Shown one piece after another: positions 51,567-64,000 of a DNA stretch of 64,000 nt (position 1 is its first letter; the number at the start of each line of letters is the position of its first letter). The notes beneath the pieces are model-generated. The model ran no database searches, was not told where the DNA came from, and saw only the letters and a program-made list of their open reading frames with translations. Origin of the DNA: Trichosphaerium sp. ATCC 40318 (taxonomy: Eukaryota > Protista > Tubulinea); assembly GCA_038496445.1 (NCBI GenBank), contig JALMLS010000183.1, positions 73,982 through 137,981 on the forward strand, read 5' to 3'. Made by a program: the position numbers and the translations under genes.

Positions 51567-54312
51567 ATGAAGAGAAGAGCCAGATCTGTTGGGAGCGCCT
51601 TCAACTTTACAGGCGTCGATTTTAAGCACGCGACGGTAGTACACCGTCGTGTACGCTCAAAATCACTCAATGTAAAGGAGAATGATAAAAAGAAAGCTGT
51701 GAGAAGGACGCGAAGCTTTAATGAGTTGACACCTAAAGAACCTCAAAAACCAAGGAAACAGCGTAAAACAGGCATACGCTCGTGGAAGTTTGACAATAAA
51801 CTTTACGTTTCTACGCCACAAAAGAAGCGTAGTAAGAGTACGTTATTTTTTTCCATGACTTGGGCATTGCCAGTGTGAACGAGTCGCCGTCAATTTTTTG
51901 AAAACGAAAAAAATTAGCATGTTTTTTTTTTTCTTCTTTTTCTTATTCTTGTCTCACAAACAATCGCGAGCCAATATAACTATAAAATTTAATATTTACA
52001 CCATATCCACAATAGCTATGCTTGTTTTCGGTACATTCCAAACAGAAAATGCTATTTTGGCAAAAAACCTTTTGCGAACCGCTACCACTTGCCATTAAAA
52101 TACACTCAATTATTTTTTGATTGTTTTCAAAAGGAGCACAAAAAGTACTTCTTTTTTTACCATCAGGCCATAAATTTTTTTCATTTTTAGCGCTTTTGTT
52201 CGGAAAAAAAAAATTGCCAGAAATAACTCAAAAAAAATTGCAAGTCAATAGCCTTCCTTGTGCAATTTCCTGCGCGCTAGCACGTAATTAACCCATATCC
52301 TTGTAGAGAAGAAAGGACATCGCGGTCAATCTCGTCAGAGTCGTAAGAAGAACGGCCGTTCACCAAAACCAGCAAGACGCGCTACTAAAAAGCCGGAACG
52401 TGTTGTCATCGTCAAGGAGAAGAGAGAGGAGCGATTTCTTTTCTCACACAACTTCGTTGATTACTATTTGGTCACACATCGCCCAAATTGGCCAAAACAT
52501 CAACCACAACAACCTGCAGTAGCGTCCAAGCCCACCAAGGCGACAGCTGCACCAACAACGTCAGAGAAGACTAAAAAAGTTGGTGGACCACCAAAACCCT
52601 TAAAACTACAACAAACAGCGTCAACTACGCCGCCAACCAAAGTAAAACAACATCTTTCAAGCAGCGCTCCAATGGCACCCGAAAATTCGCCGCAACTCGA
52701 AGCAAAAGTAGAGACAAAACCATCTCTACCCTCCCCTCCAATGGCACGCCGTCGTAGGTCCCGCAGAACGAATGTGCCTAGCAAAGGTGGACGTGGTAAG
52801 GGTAAGAAATACATGAGCCGTGCGTTTAAGTATCCCTGTCCCTATTATGTATCACCCTCCCCCTATGTATATATTATAGAGACGCGGTTACAAAGCGCTA
52901 CTAATGATTTCAAAATAACGACGTCGGTGCAATCTCTCTCAGTTGGTTTGTCTATTTTTTTTAATTCTTGAAAGACATGACATGACACACCCAACCTGAT
53001 TGCACCGACGTTGTCAAAATTGAAATTTCGAAATTATCCTTTTTTGCCTTAATACCCTAATTTGCAGGTCGCAGGCGCCTGGTTTTTTGTTGTTTTTTTC
53101 TATTTTTTTCTGACCTTATTACAAAGTGCCTCTATCACGATCTCTGGGTTCGTCTTTACCACATACACCACCTGTGTTTAGAAAGACAGAAGATGAGGAA
53201 GGAAATCAAAAACAACCTAAGCGACGTGCTCCTAGACCTATTAAAACACTAGGCGCTCCAGTATTGCCTTATTGGTTGGTCAAAGGTAATAAAAACAAGC
53301 AACAACTTCATTTTAGGCTACAAAAGCCTTGTACTGTTTTTTTTGACTACGCGCATAGCCTCGCACTATTTTGCGATTAATACAGCCCCAAAACAAATTT
53401 AATGCTAACTTATTTCCCAGGCACACCGCCACCAAAACCTGGCGATACTATCCCTCAATTGGTGCTTGAGAGTTCAACTGCAGAGGAAAAGGAGAAGATG
53501 GGTAAAGGCACTCGTGTTCGACGACGAAGCAGAGGATTTCGAATGGCTAAAACGCCTTGGAGAAAACCAGAGATTAAATCGATTGATCCTGCAACCCTTA
53601 GCACTCCTGCTCCAGATTTTAACACAATTCTTGCCAAAGAACGTGAAGCCATCACTGTCAAGGTCACCGTACCGGATCAAATTGATGAGGATTATGTAGA
53701 AGGCATACATATATTGCTCGAGACATATCACCACAAGAATGCCTTGCACCTCCTGCGGTATGTCAAATCATTCAGTATTTTTTAAGTGCTTTTTTCAAAA
53801 ACTCAAGAGGTTGGACTTACTTTGGATTTAGGACGACTGAAGAGGGTCGTAAGACAATGGCTATATCCATATTGATACGCGATAAATTACGTCAAAAGGA
53901 AAAGCGCCGTGAGCACGTGACACAGCACGAGTTTCAGCTGCTATCATTTGTTGATGCGTTCTTGTTTCAACAACTATTTTATCAAAGCGCAAAGGGTAAA
54001 GATCAAGCTGAGGATGAAAAATTAGACAAGAAACCTACTGACAACAAAACCGCAAAAACATCTACACCACCAAAACCTGCGCCTGCTGCCAGTGAGACGA
54101 CAGAGGTTCAAGATACCGAGCCAACTGACCAACAAGCCAAACCAGTAGATCAATCTGCTGAACAGGAGAACACCGACACCACACCATCACCTTCACAACC
54201 AAAGGCGTTAGTGGACGAGCCATCCGCAGATGAGGAAGAGATCTCTGATCCAAAGAAAGAAATCAAAGAAGAGGAGGAAGAGGAACCACGTCAGGTTGAC
54301 GACGATGAGTGA
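51567..54312 (+). CDS. Hypothetical basic, Pro-rich, largely disordered protein with acidic C-terminus (multi-exon)
   Basis: Long same-strand exons with GT-AG junctions; one helical segment (YVEGIHILLETYHHKNALHLLR...FVDAFLFQQLFYQ). Confidence 0.55.
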
Positions 54313-54630
54313 ACGTCATGACTTGATAGCTTCATTCTCAATCATCTCGTGGCTTTGCACACCTGGCGAACGGGTTACATTTTTTGCTTCTCGCGAGTCC
54401 AATTTTTCGTTATTAGACTGTACTTTTAGCTTGTAAATAAGAATTAGATAAGTATTAAAAAAACACCATGCACATTTATGTATGTCTGCCTACTCTAAAA
54501 ATATTGCTTTTGTTTTGTAATGCAAACAGAATTAGTTTGGGGGTTTGTTTTATTTTTTGACTGTACAGTTTGTGTGAGTTGATGCAACAACCACACGCAA
54601 AATTTGAGGAAAAGTTCGGTGTGTGAGTAT

Positions 54631-56686
54631 CTATTCTTTGTATTGCCTGGAGCGAACAATCTTCGTATCACTAATACCGCCTTCGCCGGTGTATGCCTTT
54701 GTTTTGTCTCGCATCTTGGCTTGACCAGAACGATTCTTCTTTTTCTCGAACCGTTTCTTGGCCTTAACGCGAGGATTGGATCGAGTCCTCTTGACTGTAC
54801 CACGTGCACTTCTGATTTCTTCTGTGATGCCACGCTTGGCGCCTTTATCGACTGTATCATTGTAATAGTCAAAAGACGTTCTCTGCCTCTTGCTTGGTTG
54901 TTCTCTAAGGAATCCTAGATCGTCGTCATCTATAGGCATGGAGTCATCACCCAATCCCAGATCCTCATCGTTGCCCATAGCATCGACCGGTGTACTTGGC
55001 CTGAGCTTAGTGTTAGCGAGGGTGCGGGCGCAAGTGTGGAAAGTATTTTATGGTACACGCACGTTGGTTGTTTCCTCTTGACGCCTTTGGATGGGACCTT
55101 ATCTGGTTCTGCGTCGAAGAAAGCTTTAAGTGAAGCATCTTCTTGTTGGCCTCTGATTTGTGTGAATTCGGGTATGGTAGGGGCGGTGTCTTTGCCCTGT
55201 TCCCATTTCGCAATGTCGCCAAAGGACTCGATACCAGCCAAAGGATTGAACTGTCCAGGCTTCACCCTTGATTTCTTGATGCCCTTCGCACGCTTGTAGT
55301 TGTCCTCTTCCCATTCACGTTGTTTTCTAAGAAGTTTGGCATGCGCTTTCGATTTTGCAATGTCATCGAGGCCAGTTGTTGTCCCTTCTTCTGGTGCTTC
55401 ACCAAACTCTTGCATGAGAAAGTCAGCCATGCCTGTTCTCTGTGCTTGTCTTCGCTTCTTGTCTTGTGCCTTCTCTCCTAAATAACCAGCGTAGTCAGTT
55501 ATCAGTCAATTTTTTTGTGAAGGCCAGTGAGAGGGCAAGTCACAAAAATGTATGTCGACACGTACGCTTCTTTGTGATGTGCTCTGGTAAATTTTGTACT
55601 GCTTTGTACTTGGCGTCTTGGTCTTGTTCCTCGTCATCAGAATCGTCCATATCCAGACCTGGTCTGTGAGCCAAATCGTCATTGGCAATGGCGCCAGTGG
55701 CAGCCATACGGAGTAGTTTGTCAATTTGATATTTAAGTTTTGTGTCAAGGGATGACAACCGTTGAAGGAACGTCCTGTGAAGGACAAGCTGTTCAATAAC
55801 AGGATGATCTTTAATTGACCTTCCTGACGTTTTCAACAATAAATAAAATGCTACATCTATGCAGTAAGCGAGCAACAAATCTATATTTTTAGGTCAAGGA
55901 AATAAGTGATAAAAATCAACAAAAATGTCATCAAAGAATATGTCGGTGGTAGGATACGCAATTTAACCTCGAGGTAGCTGAGACCCTTGTTCGTTGGTAA
56001 AGCTGCTTTCCTCAATCTCTCCAAGAGTGGTAGTACGCGCTCTTTGACCTGCTTGAGCTGCAACTTGAAAGAGTCGCAGAGTTTGACGACCTCCTCGCTG
56101 TCATCTACCACAATTTTTGTAACCTTTGTGGATCGTTTTGTCGTGACGGCGCCCAGGTCGTGTTTTCTAAAGCCTGATGATCCTTGTTGAGCGCCTTGGA
56201 ACATGTCCATGGCGTCGTCGTCTGACAGCTCTTCTAATTGTGATTCTTTGGCATCTCTTGCTTGTACTTCTTCCAAGAGCTCGTTTCCTACGTGTTTGGT
56301 TAAACATGGTCCAATTTTGGCGCAAACAAACAGTAATTCGCTGCCGCTGTTCAATTAGGCTTCGTTTGCGCCTTGTTGGGCGTAGGGCGTGGCTTTTACA
56401 GATTAATTGTTGGTTAAAAATTTTACCTTTTTTCTCAGGATCTCTGGTGTTTACTAAATCCTTCTGTTGGATATATTCATTACCACGATAATCTTCTGCG
56501 TCTTCTCCGAAGCGACTTCTTTCGCCTTGCACTTGTTTGTATACATCACGCTGTAAATACAATAAATACGCCAAATAGAGCAGTAATAGACAGTACCGAG
56601 TCACGAACGCCCTTTTTCACGTATTTTGTTCTATTTCGCAAATCTTCTCTCAACGCCTCAACGTCAGCGTGTGTCCTGGTTGACAT
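54631..56686 (-). CDS. UTP3: Sas10/Utp3/C1D-family SSU processome protein with Sas10 C-terminal domain
   Basis: KGLSYLEVKL..LLLAYC...HPVIEQLV...LDTKLKYQIDKLL (C1D domain); KRGITEEI...NPRVKAKKRFEKK...YTGEGGI (Sas10 C-terminal). Confidence 0.8.
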
Positions 56687-56786
56687 TTTGCTGTACTGAG
56701 TAGAAATCAAAAATGTAAATGGAATTTGCTTGACTTGAGTTGTTGGCTATTCAGTTCCTATATTTTGACGCTGCAACGTTAACGCC

Positions 56787-59778
56787 ATGGACAATTTAAT
56801 ACCCGTAATAAACAAACTTCAAGACGTATTCAACGCTGTTGGGTCACACGGTCTTGATTTGCCTCAAATTGTAGTTGTTGGAAGGTACCTGGTTAGTTGA
56901 CGCATGTTTCAGGGCTAACAATTGGTTACAGTCAGTCTAGTGGCAAAAGTTCAGTATTGGAGAACCTAGTTGGCAGAGACTTCCTTCCTAGAGGTGGTGG
57001 CATCGTTACCCGACGCCCGTTAGTTCTTCAACTAATTAATCTGCCTAAAACAGACCAAGACTCCGGTACGCGTGTCTAAGCACCCAACGCCGGCGCCTCA
57101 GGCATCAAAACAATCTTAAAAAAAATGCAGTGCTTTTCTGTGACTAAGGGTTCTAATAACTCACTACAACACTGTAGGTGAATGGGGAGAATTCAGCCAT
57201 CTACCAAATGAAATGTTTCACGATTTCAACAAAATACGTGCCGAAATCCAACGCGAGACGGACAGGCTTGTAGGCACCAACAAAGGCATATCACCTCTGC
57301 CAATTGGCCTAAAGATTTACTCTCCTCACGTACTAAACTTGACACTCGTCGATTTGCCTGGTATGACGCGTGTCGCTGTTGGCGATCAACCGTAAGTACT
57401 CTGTCCTTGAAGAATTATTCTCAAACCTACTCAAATTTTACAGAATCACGACAAGGGCACCATTCGCGTGTGCACTGTTGTCTCGAACTTTTAAGAATAA
57501 TTCACCCGTTTTTTTACATTTGTAAAATGTCATTTTGCACATGCCATTATTTTTTTACCATGTGTTGACGTTGTTTGTCCCCTGTAGGCACGACATTGAA
57601 GAACAAATTCGTAAAATGATAATGTCTTACATTGAAAAGAAGAATGCCATTATCCTCGCTGTATCGCCGGCCAACCACGATCTCGCCAACTCTGACGCTT
57701 TGAAAGTGGCACGTATTGTAGATCCACAAGGAGAGCGGACTATTGGCGTCTTGACAAAGTGTGACATCATGGACAGAGGGTGCGTACCCGCCTTCAACGC
57801 ATAGAAATCCAATTATCCAAGTACTGTCAAGCCCCTTCTAACACTATTGCCTAGCACTAATGCCAACGATATTCTAACAGGGCGTGTGTATCCTCTAAAG
57901 CTTGGATTCATCGCTATTGTGAACAGGAGTCAAGCTGACATTATTGCTGAAAAGTCAATCAAGCGTGCTCTCACAGACGAGAAGGCTTACTTTAAAAAAG
58001 AGTACACTGATCTCGCACACCGCTGTGGTACTGCCTTCCTCGCAAAGACGCTCAACAAGGTACGTAAATGAACTCCTGATACGATGACTTACTAGCAGAG
58101 TGTAGCTGTTGCTTCGACACATTAGATACTGCCTTCCTTCCCTCAAAACAGAGATTCAAAAACATTATTTAGAGGCACAACAAGAGTTAAATTCGTATGG
58201 TGATGTCATGTACGACTCTGAAACGAGCAAGGTAATGCGAGAGCGATGGTCACGTATATTTGTTTCATTAGTTCATGTTTATTAGGGTGCAGCGCTCTTG
58301 CAAATATTAACAAAATTCTCAACTGCTTATCGCGATTCTATTGACGGAAAGCTTCAAGACAGCTCAGCCAACGAGTTGTACGGTGGTGCGCGTATCAATT
58401 ACATTTTCAATGAGGTGTTTGGTCAGTGCATCTCCAAGATGGCTGTTGACGGCCTCAATCCTAATGATATACGCACTGCTATCCGTAATGCCACTGTGCG
58501 TCCTATTATTTACACGTTTGAGCTTGTAGACAAAGTTGTACTTATAACTGACTTCAGGGACCACGTACTGCCTTGTTTATTCCCGAGATCGCGTTTGATC
58601 TCCTAGTTAAGAAGCAAATCACGCGACTCGAGGATCCATCCTTACAGTAAGGCGATTAAAAAAAAAATAGAGCAAGACGTCAGTTTCGCTCACAGTGTGG
58701 TGTTTAGGTGTGTGGATGCTGTATACGATGAGCTCCTTCGCATTGTGTCTCAAATTGAATCAAAAGAACTATTGCGATTTAGTACGCTCAGAGAAAAGGT
58801 TGTGGCTGTAGTACACGATCTATTGGGAAACTGTCGTGAACCAACCAAGAAAATGATTCGCAATTTAATACAGATTGAACTTGCTTTCATCAACACGGCA
58901 CATCCTGACTTTATAGGTAATCATGCCCTGTATGGAAACTCTAGTTTGCTAAATATCTATTAGGAAGTACTGGGGCCCTTGGTAGCATTTTGGAGAAGAT
59001 GGTTAAAGAGAGAGTGCGCTTCAGTCAATACTCCAAATTTTTCTAAATTGTGCCTTTGTAGGTAAAGGAAGAGGATAGACAACGACGTGCAATGCAAGCA
59101 CAACAACAAGCGCAACAACAAGGGTACCCTCAAGGGCAGCCACAAAGACCACCACAACCGTATCCAGATAGTCACCAAGAGGACGATTATTCGTCATCCT
59201 CCTTCTTTGGCTTCTTTTCGCGCTCTGGGAAGCCATCCAAGTCTAAAAAGTCCTCGCGCCAAAAGACAAACGCCGCAAGCGTACCAAACAAACTGGAACA
59301 GGTTCGTTCTCGTCAAATGTGACTCATGCGCGCCCGATTGCGACAAGTACTCACAAATCGTCACTAGGTGCCTCAACGTATTAACATCCCAGACACGCAC
59401 GCTCCTTCTGATAAAGAGCGTCTAGAGATTGATGTCATTCGTACGTCTATTGGCTGGCTCTTTTTTGCCTGTTAAAAGTGTTGAGGGCTATCACTTACTG
59501 GTTTTTTTCTAGAATCCCTCATTCTTTCGTACTTTGATATCGTCCGTAAGAACATCCAAGACTCCATTCCAAAGGCCATCATGCACTTTTTGGTGAATAG
59601 ATCAAAGAGCAATGTACAAAGCGATCTCGTGACCAACCTGTACAAAGAAGATTTGTTCGATGAGCTATTGGAAGAGGACAGCAGCATTGCAGGACGACGC
59701 AAGGCCAGTAAACAAATGGTAGATATGTTGAGGAAGGCCAGTCAGATTCTCAATGAGATTCGTGATACACAAATCTAA
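56787..59778 (+). CDS. dymA: Dynamin-related GTPase (DymA/Drp1/Vps1 class)
   Basis: [85 protein letters not shown]; Q-rich insert; no PH domain. Confidence 0.92.
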
Positions 59779-59890
59779 TCCCAGGCTCTCCTTCTACTTT
59801 GTACAAAAACAAGCTCTTTTTTTTTTTGATCGTTTCTTTGTAAGTTGTGGTTGAAAAAAAACAAGTTGCCCCACCCATTTTAATCGTGGT

Positions 59891-60675
59891 TTATTTTGCA
59901 TTGGCTGTCTCTTCCACCGGTTGTACTACATTGTTGCCACCGTTTCGTCGTTCGTTGATACGGTCTCTGTCTTCCTTGTATTGTAACATTATCTTCTCGA
60001 CTTGCTCCTGCTCTGCCTTTGCTTGTGCAATTCGTGATGGTGATTTAATCTCTCGTTTCTCCATAATATTCAATTGGTAGTTTAGCACATCTACAACAGT
60101 GTTTTTTTGTAAGCACGTGATACGAACCGCCACGTTTGCAAAAGAAAGGGTTATATATAGGTACACTTACCAATGCCAACAGTGAGGTTTTGCTCGTTGT
60201 ACACCTCAAGTACCATCCACTCTTCGAATTCAAATACAATCTTCTTGAACCCAATCGTGTTCATAAACTCTGTGCCGCCTTTTACGTTAGCAATGCGCGT
60301 CCTGAAGCTGTAGGGCTATACTTAGTATTTTTGTAACGTCAAACAACAAAAAGAGGTGTCAGTCGCCCTCCCACGGCGATATTAGTCGTAGTGGAGGGTC
60401 ATCAAAACAATTTGCGTACGTGTTGCTTCGCATTTTGATCTTGCGTATCTTTTCGTTGTTAGGCTCCTGCATTATCCTTGATATGATGCGAATAAGCGTC
60501 TCTATCATTGTTTTTATATTCTACAACTGATTTAGCCGGAATTTCAACAAGTTGGGCTGTTTAATGCCTTGGGAGGTTCTCTCCTCGTTGTTTGGAGGTC
60601 AAATATCCTGTACAAGGTCTTGCGCTTTTGTTTCATCGCCTCAGTGTACTTTATCGCCGTTGTCGGTTGGCTCAT
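59891..60675 (-). CDS. PUB-domain protein
   Basis: IETLIRIISRIMQEPNNEKIRKIKMRSNT|FRTRIANVKGGTEFMNTIGF, followed by a coiled tail. Confidence 0.8.
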
Positions 60676-60971
60676 GCTGTATTCGTTCGTTTTTGACGTG
60701 TTTGACTTGAGTTGAGGAGCGGCGCCTTTAACTATTTTCAGTGTTTGTTATGGGAACAAAGTCAATACTAAAATAACGGACAAAGTTGACAGGGGCAGAA
60801 ATAATTTATTAGGTTTTTAGATAAGGGAGGTGTTAAATAATAGTCCTGTCGTGTTTTACTACTGGCTTGAAACGTGGAATAGGCTACAAACAATTGATTA
60901 AGGAAAAACAAATCCCAGAGTAGAAATTCGTGTACCTCAGCCAACTGCCACTCCTTGAATAAAGATAATTC

Positions 60972-61700
60972 TTATGATGAAGAAGATTCCTGTGCATAAG
61001 TAAGTTGTTGGGTCAACAATTAAATTAAAAGGAAAGTGTCACTTTTTTTTATCACGTGCCTCAGAAGAAGAATCAGAGGCGCCAGCACTGCTATCTATGC
61101 TACTGCTCGACTCTTCATCATCTTCACTGGATTCATCGCCCTCGCTAGACTCTTCACTGCTGCTATCATCCTCACTGCTCTCGTCATCCTCGCTGCTCTC
61201 GTCGTCCTCGCTACTCTCTTCGGCAGAGTCATCTTTAGCGCTGGCGTCTGCTGAGTCGTCATCGGCACTATCGTCTGAAGATTCTTCGGAACTTGAGTCG
61301 TCTCCGCTGCTTGAGTCATCCTCGCTGGTGTCATCCTCGTCGGATTGTGGCTCGCTGCTTTCGTCGTCGTTGCCTGATGAGCTATCGTCATCGTCATCGT
61401 CTGATGAGTCGCCAGGGTCTTCAGGGCTGTCGCTGTCATCGTCATCGTCGTCATCATCGTCCTGTGGATTCTCAGCGTCGTGGTCCCTTTAATAACAGTT
61501 AACTATCAACCCAAAGTAGAGTAGCGTGGATAGCCATATCGTTAAAGTATGGAGAATCTAGAAAGCGGGGGGGCTACAGAGGAGGATGCGATAAAGCGTA
61601 CTTTGGCTGTTTGCTTCCGCCACAACAACAATAAGCCTCAATATCACAACAAGTAGTATTAGCGAGTATCTGACGGCATTCTCTTGTTTGCACGGTTAGT
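60972..61700 (-). CDS. Very acidic Asp/Ser/Glu-rich protein C-terminus preceded by a Cys-rich segment (5' exons uncertain, possibly up to ~62108)
   Basis: Frame reads ECRQILANTTCCDIEAYCCCGG...|DHDAENPQDDDDDDDDSDSPED...ESSEDDESSS; last intron is GC-AG (60990-61059); ends ESSSS-stop. Confidence 0.55.
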
Positions 61701-62456
61701 GCGAAGGGATCTAATAAAACTGGTGAGGTGCGCTCCGAGGCAAGTTGAGATAAAGTGCGCTAGTGCTCTAAGGGCAACACCGCTTTTGACGGGAGGTGGG
61801 TAAAAGATAGAGATCGGGTTTACTGTACCTTTATTTACTACGGCCGCAGTTTGTCCTGTTTCTTTAAGCTACAGAGCAGGGTTAGCACGATAAACGTGTT
61901 TTTTTTGCCCCAGGTTTTTTTGAAACACAAACCACGTGACAACCAGGTTAGGGGATCGTACCTGTAGTTTATACCAATCTAGCGTATCCAAGAGTTCCTG
62001 TAGGTTGGAAGGATCAGAGTTTTGCGCTTGTTCTATGCGGGCTGAAAGGAATAAGATCTCCTTCTGCAGTTGACTAGCGGTTTCGATATTGCGGTGTTGT
62101 ATTTCCATCTGGACGGGGAGGTGCAGTGTTGATGCTTAGCAAATGTTTGACTTTTTGTTAAAATGCGCTGCGCCTAGCAATAGCGTTGTGTGCTACAAGA
62201 GCACATTCCTTCGCTAAGTGCTCACTATTGGCATCATAGCAGCGTATTGTAGTTCGTGTTAATCGGATTTATGTTGTGGTCAAACACCACCGGCAGAAGC
62301 TATCGTGTGAACGTGATTGTAGCTTTTCAGCTGGCCACACTTCAACGGAATAACGTTTGGGTACGATTTTGTAGCAGCCGGCAAAATCTTAAACTGAAAT
62401 TTGGCAGAATTCAAAAAACAATCAACCACTAGTGCTGCAACAGCTAGAAACACGCG

Positions 62457-63405
62457 ATGAGAAGAGATAAAAAGGCACAAAGCGCATTAAACCTAACCGT
62501 CCTCAAGCGGAGAGACAAAGACGTCACCAGCATTGTATTCTCCGCGGGACACGTTCAAATGTACTCTTGGGACGTTCAAGACAATCAATGGGTAAAACAA
62601 TGATCAATTGCCCTTCAAATTCGCTAACAACGCCTCTGAAAGGCTCAAGATGAAATAACAGGTCCTTTGTTCATTGTTAGTCGGTACGCTCTTTTTAGCG
62701 TTTGCTCCAGTCCATAGGGTGTCTCTAAATACTTGTCAGTACTAGCGAACCCCAATATCAACTCAACGTACTAAATCGGAAGGGTTTAAACGATTTCGTT
62801 CAGCCAATAACTACAGACTTTGAAATAGACTCCAAGACTCTAGATACACCAAATTTTGTGTTTTACCAAGATTGGATCGGAGACGCCAAAAAGGTGAAAG
62901 GAATTTGGTTCTTTGACGACGAGGAGAAGGGCAAGTTCATGGAGCTCATAAACGAGTCTAAGCGCATGTACGTTTTGTACAGTACTCTGTAAACGGCTTT
63001 TTTGAAGTAGAATTCCAACGTTCATTTGCGCTCACGATTGGACCATAGAAAGCGCCAAACACTACAAGACATAACCACAAGCCAAGAACTGGATGATGGG
63101 CAACCACCTGTGGAGCAGTTGACGAATCCGTCAATATCATTGCACCAACAAGCCAAGGAGAACATATTGCAGGACTTGTTTGGACAACAACCAGAAAAGC
63201 AACAGACACAAGCCAATGGAAATAGTTTCTTCAATGCCAAACCTGTGTCACAAACCAGTTTGACACGAGAGTCTGTCAGTGCAACATTGCATGCTTTAGC
63301 TGAGGTATTTTGGCAACTATTATTAATCTTTAAATCACTCAAATTCATAAGGACCCAACCTTTTTGGACATGGTATGCAGTGCTGTTGCCAGAACCAGTC
63401 ATTAA
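62457..63405 (+). CDS. DCP1: mRNA-decapping enzyme subunit Dcp1
   Basis: LNLTVLKRRD...IVFSAGHVQMY..W|...GPLFIVSR|..LNVLNRKGLNDF..VKGIWFFD (EVH1-like); C-terminal LTRESVSATLHALAE|DPTFLDM trimerisation-like motif. Confidence 0.88.
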
Positions 63406-64000
63406 AGGCAAATTATGGATATATTGATGCGATTTGTTGTTTGGCCATGAAAAATCATTATTCACATACCACATGGTGTTTGCTTTAGAGCACAGCCAAA
63501 AAGAAGCATTTGTAGACTATAGATTTAACCTTCATTATAGTCATTGTAAATATATTTAGCAATTTGAAAACTCAAGATAAATAAGCATCTTGGGTCAAAA
63601 ATTGAATTTTGGTAAAATAAATATGTTTTGGATCTTTTTTGGTAGAAAAATGAGAAAGTGTCTGTTGTAAGTTGTTAACAATGTTGATCTGAAAGCATTT
63701 GGACATGTTAAAAAACAGGCCAGATACATATTTGCACATACATATCCAGTGGAATCGGACATGCAAACTGCACATTTTGTTTCCACATAAAAAGCAAGTT
63801 TTTCTTTCCACATGCTGGCCACACAATAGCATGTTTTAGGCATGCATATTTTGTCCAATTCCACCACTGTCCCATGTTTTGGAAATGCATAAAACACTAT
63901 GTCACAGAAAAAAACCTATTCATTGTTTTTACTACTTGTGTACACAATTATAACTGCTGACACATATTTTGACTTGTACTTAACTTGTATGGGTTCAATA

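Noticed and set aside
61095-61502. Ser/Leu-rich plus-strand ORF and M/T-rich minus-strand ORF
   Set aside because: Shadow frames of the D/S/E low-complexity exon
1-64000. CRISPR arrays, rRNA, U12-type (RTATCCTT) introns, alternative genetic code
   Set aside because: No repeat-spacer array or rRNA-like sequence seen; the donors examined are U2-type; apparent in-frame stops are explained by introns, and genes end in TAA, TAG or TGA

Overview
AT-rich eukaryotic genomic DNA, most likely a free-living amoeboid protist (Amoebozoa-like; inference). Genes are gene-dense and split by many short introns (mostly ~45-100 nt; GTACG/GTAAG/GTATG donors, CTAAC/CTGAC-like branch points), so most of the supplied ORFs are single exons or antisense artefacts. 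I reconstructed genes by manual splicing. Recognisable genes: cytosolic peptide:N-glycanase (PNG1/NGLY1), a dynamin-related GTPase, UTP3/Sas10-like, DCP1, RasGEF, ARM+BTB, a myristoylated EF-hand (NCS-like) protein, TauE/SafE transporter, class-3 lipase, PUB-domain protein, ricin-type lectin, about six F-box proteins and several surface proteins. Top observations: (1) two inverted ~400-bp copies containing a ~270-nt multi-stem structured RNA candidate with a thrice-repeated AUACUUCG motif and an oligo-T end; (2) a PNGase fused to a legume-lectin domain and a PUL domain instead of the animal PUB/PAW pair; (3) at least 58 copies of the palindrome CACGTG (about one per 1.1 kb, in exons, introns and intergenic DNA); (4) many GC-AG introns, mostly with a GCACGTG donor that contains this palindrome. 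All coordinates and family calls were made by eye, without tools.
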